Shown in pieces: positions 5,700-8,848 of a stretch of DNA of 8,848 nt. The stretch lies in the IMG/VR virus record IMGVR_UViG_2579779034_000001, one strand, 5' to 3'. The notes under the pieces were generated by a model, which saw only the letters and a program-made list of their open reading frames with translations, was not told where the DNA came from and did no database searches. A program made the translations under genes and the position numbers. This DNA is from a virus. Taxonomy: Monodnaviria; Loebvirae; Hofneiviricota; Faserviricetes; Tubulavirales; Inoviridae. Position 1 is the stretch's first letter; each line of letters opens with the position of its first letter.

Positions 5700-6794
5700 A
5701 TGGCGGTTTATGTAGTAACAGGCAAATTAGGCTCAGGCAAGACACTTGTTAGTGTTTCCAGAATACAGGAAAGACTTGCTAAGGGTTGTCCTGTTGCCAC
5801 TAATCTTGATCTTAAATTGCATAATATGCCTATGGTTGGGCGTTATGCGAAAAAAACGCGCGTTATTCGCATTCCTGACAAGCCTTCATTAAATGATTTA
5901 CTTGCTATTGGTACTGGGAATACATCTTACGATGAATCCCGTAATGGCCTCCTTGTACTTGATGAATGTGGTACTTGGTTTAATTCCCGCTCATGGGGTG
6001 ATAAAGACAGACAACCTGTTATTGACTGGTTTTTACATGCCAGAAAATTAGGCTGGGATATTATATTTTTGATTCAGGATATTTCGATAATGGATAAGCA
6101 AGCTCGTCTGGCGCTTGCTGAGCATGTTGTTTATTGTCGCCGTTCAGATAAATTAAACATTCCTTTTGTTGGCTCCATTATGAATTTGGTTTCAGGGGCG
6201 AGATTTTCTTTACCAAAGGTACACTTTGGCATTGTCAAATATGGTGATAATGTTAATTCAATCACTGTTGATAAATGGATATATACAGGAAAATCTCTTT
6301 ATTCTGCTTACAATACCAAACAAGCGTTCACAGATAATTATCCTCATGGCGCATTTTCGCTTTTGCCACCATTTATCACGCACGGTCAATTTTCTGTTCA
6401 CAGAGGATTTAATTATTATATGCGCCTCACTAAAATTTATTTTCGCAAATCGAACCGTCTTATATTAATGCTTTCTTTTTTGGCGCTGGGGCTTGCGTTT
6501 GGTTTCTGGCTCCAGTCTGGAAAGAATGTTGATGAAATCTCAGCTATTAAATCTGCTTATGCTGAACAGGCGAGGGCGGTAACGCCTGATTCGTCCAGTG
6601 ACTTACCCCGACTTTCTATTAATTCTTTTTCACAACTTGGCTTTGACGTTTCCGTTACGTTTGTTGATGCAAAAGGTATGAAATATCAGTATTTTGATTT
6701 GATTAAAGATGGTTATTCCGTTGATATTAAAGATGCCTGTCGTGTTGTTATTAGAAAAGGCCGTTATTTACAGACTGTTACCTGTCAGGAGTAA
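5700..6794 (+). CDS. gI: Assembly ATPase pI (Zot-like), 364 aa
   Basis: Walker A GKLGSGKT and Walker B LLVLDECG. Long near-identical stretches to M13 pI as recalled (MAVYVVTGKLGSGKTLVSV, RQPVIDWFLHARKLGWDIIFLIQD, LAEHVVYCRR). C-terminal TM segment. Confidence 0.95.
   Translation: MAVYVVTGKLGSGKTLVSVSRIQERLAKGCPVATNLDLKLHNMPMVGRYAKKTRVIRIPDKPSLNDLLAIGTGNTSYDESRNGLLVLDECGTWFNSRSWGDKDRQPVIDWFLHARKLGWDIIFLIQDISIMDKQARLALAEHVVYCRRSDKLNIPFVGSIMNLVSGARFSLPKVHFGIVKYGDNVNSITVDKWIYTGKSLYSAYNTKQAFTDNYPHGAFSLLPPFITHGQFSVHRGFNYYMRLTKIYFRKSNRLILMLSFLALGLAFGFWLQSGKNVDEISAIKSAYAEQARAVTPDSSSDLPRLSINSFSQLGFDVSVTFVDAKGMKYQYFDLIKDGYSVDIKDACRVVIRKGRYLQTVTCQE
6420..6794 (+). CDS. gXI: Putative nested pXI (in-frame internal start of gI)
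   Basis: In-frame ATG at 6420 (Met241 of pI), the same position as the M13 pXI start (MKLTKIYLKK vs MRLTKIYFRK here), followed by the TM segment. Confidence 0.45.
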   Translation: MRLTKIYFRKSNRLILMLSFLALGLAFGFWLQSGKNVDEISAIKSAYAEQARAVTPDSSSDLPRLSINSFSQLGFDVSVTFVDAKGMKYQYFDLIKDGYSVDIKDACRVVIRKGRYLQTVTCQE

Positions 6795-6801
6795 TATTAT
6801 T

Positions 6802-8067
6802 ATGCGCTCTGTTATTGTTGCTTTTTTATTTGCCTGTTCATTCTGCGTTTCTGCTGAAACTGTTAATTTAAATAATTCATCTGTTCGCTCATTTGTTCAG
6901 TGGTATTCTTCAAAAACTGGCAAGCCTGTTATTGTTAATCCTGATATTAAAGGAAACGTAACCGTATTTAATGCTGATGTTAATCCAACAAATATTGATG
7001 ATTTCTTTAAGTCTGTTCTGAATGCTAACGGTTTTGTCATGCTTTCTGGCAATCCTGCGGTAGTCTCTTTGCCGTCTAAATTACCTTCACAGATGGTTTC
7101 GGATTCCGATGATTCTGATAACCAGTCTTATGATACTTTTCCTTCTGAGCCATCTTACCAGCCAGTACCTGTAGCGCTTACGGTCAGAAATTTTAAGCTG
7201 ACAAAAGTTAGATCGTCCGATGTTCAGCAACTGATTAAAATTTATCTTGATTCTAATGGTGGTGGTAATGTCGTGGATTATCCAGGCAATAACTCGCTGA
7301 TTGTTTCTGCGCCTGACGAGCTGCTGCCGGTTCTGTCCGATTTTATCAATTCTGTGGATGTTGCCCGCGATCAGGTTCTCATTCAGTCGCTGATGTTTGA
7401 AACCAGCTTGTCTGATGGCGTTGATTTATCGTTTGCGGCAGGTTCTGCATCCGGTCATAAGGTTGCGGGGGGCTTTAATACTTCTGCACTGGGTAGCGCT
7501 CTTTCTACGGCGGGCGGTTCTTTTGGTATTTTTGATGGTAACGTGTTGGCGCTGTCTCTGCGTGCTGTCCAGAGTAATTCACGCTCTAAGGTGATTTCAA
7601 CGCCGCGTATTCTTACTCAGTCTGGTCAGACTGGTTACATTTCCGTAGGTAAGAATGTGCCGTTTATCACCGGAAAGGTAACGGGCGAATCTGCCGGGGT
7701 AAATAATCCGTTTCAGACTATCGAGCGTCATGATGTTGGTGTTTCTCTCAAGGTAACGCCTGTTGTCATGGGTAACGGGCAACTAGTTCTGACTATCGAC
7801 ACTCGTGCTGATTCAATCAGCAATGATGATCAGGCATCCGATATTATTACTAATCAGCGCCAGATTCAGACGACAGTCCAGATTAAGGATGGTCAGACGT
7901 TGTTATTGGGGGGGCTTATCGATTCATCGTTCAGCAATGCCGAGCGTTCAGTTCCAGTTATAAGTAAAATTCCTCTTATAGGCTGGATTTTCAGTAGCAA
8001 GGCAGACAGCAATGAACAGCGTATTATGTATATTTTGCTTACAGCACATATCATTCGTCCACTTTGA
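6802..8067 (+). CDS. gIV: Secretin pIV (outer-membrane export channel), 421 aa
   Basis: Signal peptide MRSVIVAFLFACSFCVSA. Strong secretin-domain similarity to M13 pIV (for example SVGKNVPFITGKVTGESAGVNNPFQTIER vs SVGQNVPFITGRVTGESANVNNPFQTIER, DGQTLLLGGL, SKIPLIG). RBS AGGAG. The upstream ATG at 6709 would overlap gI and lacks a signal peptide. Confidence 0.95.
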   Translation: MRSVIVAFLFACSFCVSAETVNLNNSSVRSFVQWYSSKTGKPVIVNPDIKGNVTVFNADVNPTNIDDFFKSVLNANGFVMLSGNPAVVSLPSKLPSQMVSDSDDSDNQSYDTFPSEPSYQPVPVALTVRNFKLTKVRSSDVQQLIKIYLDSNGGGNVVDYPGNNSLIVSAPDELLPVLSDFINSVDVARDQVLIQSLMFETSLSDGVDLSFAAGSASGHKVAGGFNTSALGSALSTAGGSFGIFDGNVLALSLRAVQSNSRSKVISTPRILTQSGQTGYISVGKNVPFITGKVTGESAGVNNPFQTIERHDVGVSLKVTPVVMGNGQLVLTIDTRADSISNDDQASDIITNQRQIQTTVQIKDGQTLLLGGLIDSSFSNAERSVPVISKIPLIGWIFSSKADSNEQRIMYILLTAHIIRPL

Positions 8068-8110
8068 TGGATAGCGGGTAGGTGCGTGAGCCCTGCTCGC
8101 TATCCATCAA
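8064..8110 (+). other. Large hairpin immediately after gIV; candidate packaging signal and/or terminator
   Basis: Perfect 13-bp inverted repeat 8064-8076 TTGATGGATAGCG with 8098-8110 CGCTATCCATCAA, 21-nt loop, overlapping the gIV stop. The Ff packaging signal hairpin lies at this position. No T tract follows. Confidence 0.45.
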
Positions 8111-8136
8111 ATGGACATTATTGATTGGGGTAACTA

Positions 8137-8445
8137 ATGGATTCTTATGGGATTTTATCTGCTCTGGCAGAACGAACGATTACAGCGGAAGAAGCAAAAA
8201 CAATGACACTTGCAGCCAGAAGTTCTTCGGCTCAGGTAAATGAAGCATCACTTGCTCTGTTACTGATTGATAATACTCTGGATGCGATCAAAGCAGCTGC
8301 CAGTGAAGGGAAAGGATACACTTTACTTCCTTCTTATGAGATTTCTGTAAAAGCCATTGATTTAGCAGAAGAATTTTTAAGGAAACAATGCGGCTATGTT
8401 ATTGATAACCAGAATGGCGTAAGGACGGTCTATTGGTTTATATGA
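8137..8445 (+). CDS. Hypothetical protein, 102 aa (accessory)
   Basis: ORF with an Ala/Leu-rich, probably helical N-terminal part; RBS-like GGGGT upstream; no recognisable motif. Confidence 0.55.
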   Translation: MDSYGILSALAERTITAEEAKTMTLAARSSSAQVNEASLALLLIDNTLDAIKAAASEGKGYTLLPSYEISVKAIDLAEEFLRKQCGYVIDNQNGVRTVYWFI

Positions 8446-8562
8446 TAACCCCGGACAATGACAAAACTTGCTTTTGTTAGTGTCAGGGGTTGGCCAAGCC
8501 GAACAATTCTGTTTTTTTAGCGTTATTGCTGATTCGGCGCGGCAGCATTACGAGGAGATAAA

Positions 8563-8796
8563 ATGCAATTTTTCACATCCAGCGATACTGTAATGTTATG
8601 TGCGAAGACCTGCGATCGCTGTGGTCGCCATGCGAAGACGGTGGTAGATGACATTGAGTTCAATGAGTTTCTGTCTGTTAATCACTTAGCTGGATACGGT
8701 TCAATTTTTGGTGACAGTAATCGCTTAAAACTGGATTTATGCCAACATTGCCTGAAAGACGTCCTGGGCCAGTGGATTACGGTCTGTGACCAATGA
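8563..8796 (+). CDS. Hypothetical Cys-rich putative zinc-ribbon protein, 77 aa (accessory)
   Basis: Strong RBS GAGGAG 5 nt upstream of the ATG. Cys pairs CDRC (residues 17-20) and CQHC (60-63) plus C13 and C75, compatible with a Cys4 zinc-binding fold. Function unknown. Confidence 0.62.
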   Translation: MQFFTSSDTVMLCAKTCDRCGRHAKTVVDDIEFNEFLSVNHLAGYGSIFGDSNRLKLDLCQHCLKDVLGQWITVCDQ

Positions 8797-8831
8797 CGGC
8801 ACCGGTAACGCCAGTTCCCGCCATCCTTACC

Positions 8832-8848
8832 ATTGGTGCGCATAATGT
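8832..8848 (+). other. Start of the right-junction dif site (XerC arm), truncated by the window end
   Basis: ATTGGTGCGCATAATGT is identical to 1-17. GGTGCGCATAA-TGT is the beginning of the canonical dif core. Confidence 0.7.

Larger units (their letters stand above)
1..8848 (+). mobile_element. Integrated Ff-like filamentous (Inovirus) prophage at dif, apparently complete; no recombinase gene (XerCD-dependent, IMEX-type)
   Basis: Full Ff gene order gII-gV-gVII-gIX-gVIII-gIII-gVI-gI-gIV on the plus strand. Exact 17-bp direct repeat at 1-17 and 8832-8848 containing the dif XerC arm. No integrase-like ORF in any frame. Confidence 0.88.

Noticed and set aside
6709-6801. Upstream extension of the gIV ORF (start at 6709)
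   Set aside because: It would overlap the gI 3-prime end by 86 nt and bury the signal peptide. ATG 6802 follows an AGGAG RBS and begins a typical signal peptide.
5351-7782. Small track ORFs 5351..5536, 6226..6468, 7397..7594 and 7597..7782 (minus)
   Set aside because: They lie in alternate frames or antisense within the confidently assigned gVI, gI and gIV.
1-8848. Integrase, transposase, tRNA or rRNA genes
   Set aside because: No ORF with recombinase-like features and no tRNA-like or rRNA-like sequence was seen. Integration is better explained by the host XerCD system acting on the dif-like ends.

Overview
The window appears to be one complete filamentous (Ff/IKe-like Inovirus) prophage of about 8.8 kb inserted at a chromosomal dif site. 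The first 17 nt (ATTGGTGCGCATAATGT) recur exactly as the last 17 nt, and both carry a perfect dif XerC arm (GGTGCGCATAA). No integrase or transposase is encoded, which fits XerCD-mediated integration (the IMEX lifestyle of CTXphi, CUS-1 and Ypfphi); I cannot confirm identity with any named phage without a database search. The plus-strand core (2168-8067) is the classic Ff order gII (nested gX), gV, gVII, gIX, gVIII, gIII, gVI, gI (nested gXI), gIV, called by position plus protein similarity to M13 recalled from memory, not computed. The other ~2.9 kb (8111-8848 plus 1-2125) sits where Ff phages have their intergenic region and carries non-core cargo: an AT-rich 367-aa two-TM protein, a GC-rich 139-aa four-TM protein, a 60-aa putative regulator divergent from gII, and a 102-aa ORF followed by a 77-aa Cys-rich ORF. 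The most interesting items are the 367-aa cargo gene with a palindromic operator-like element over its putative promoter, and a forked-hairpin attP-like structure at 1-100. No rRNA, tRNA or CRISPR array was seen.
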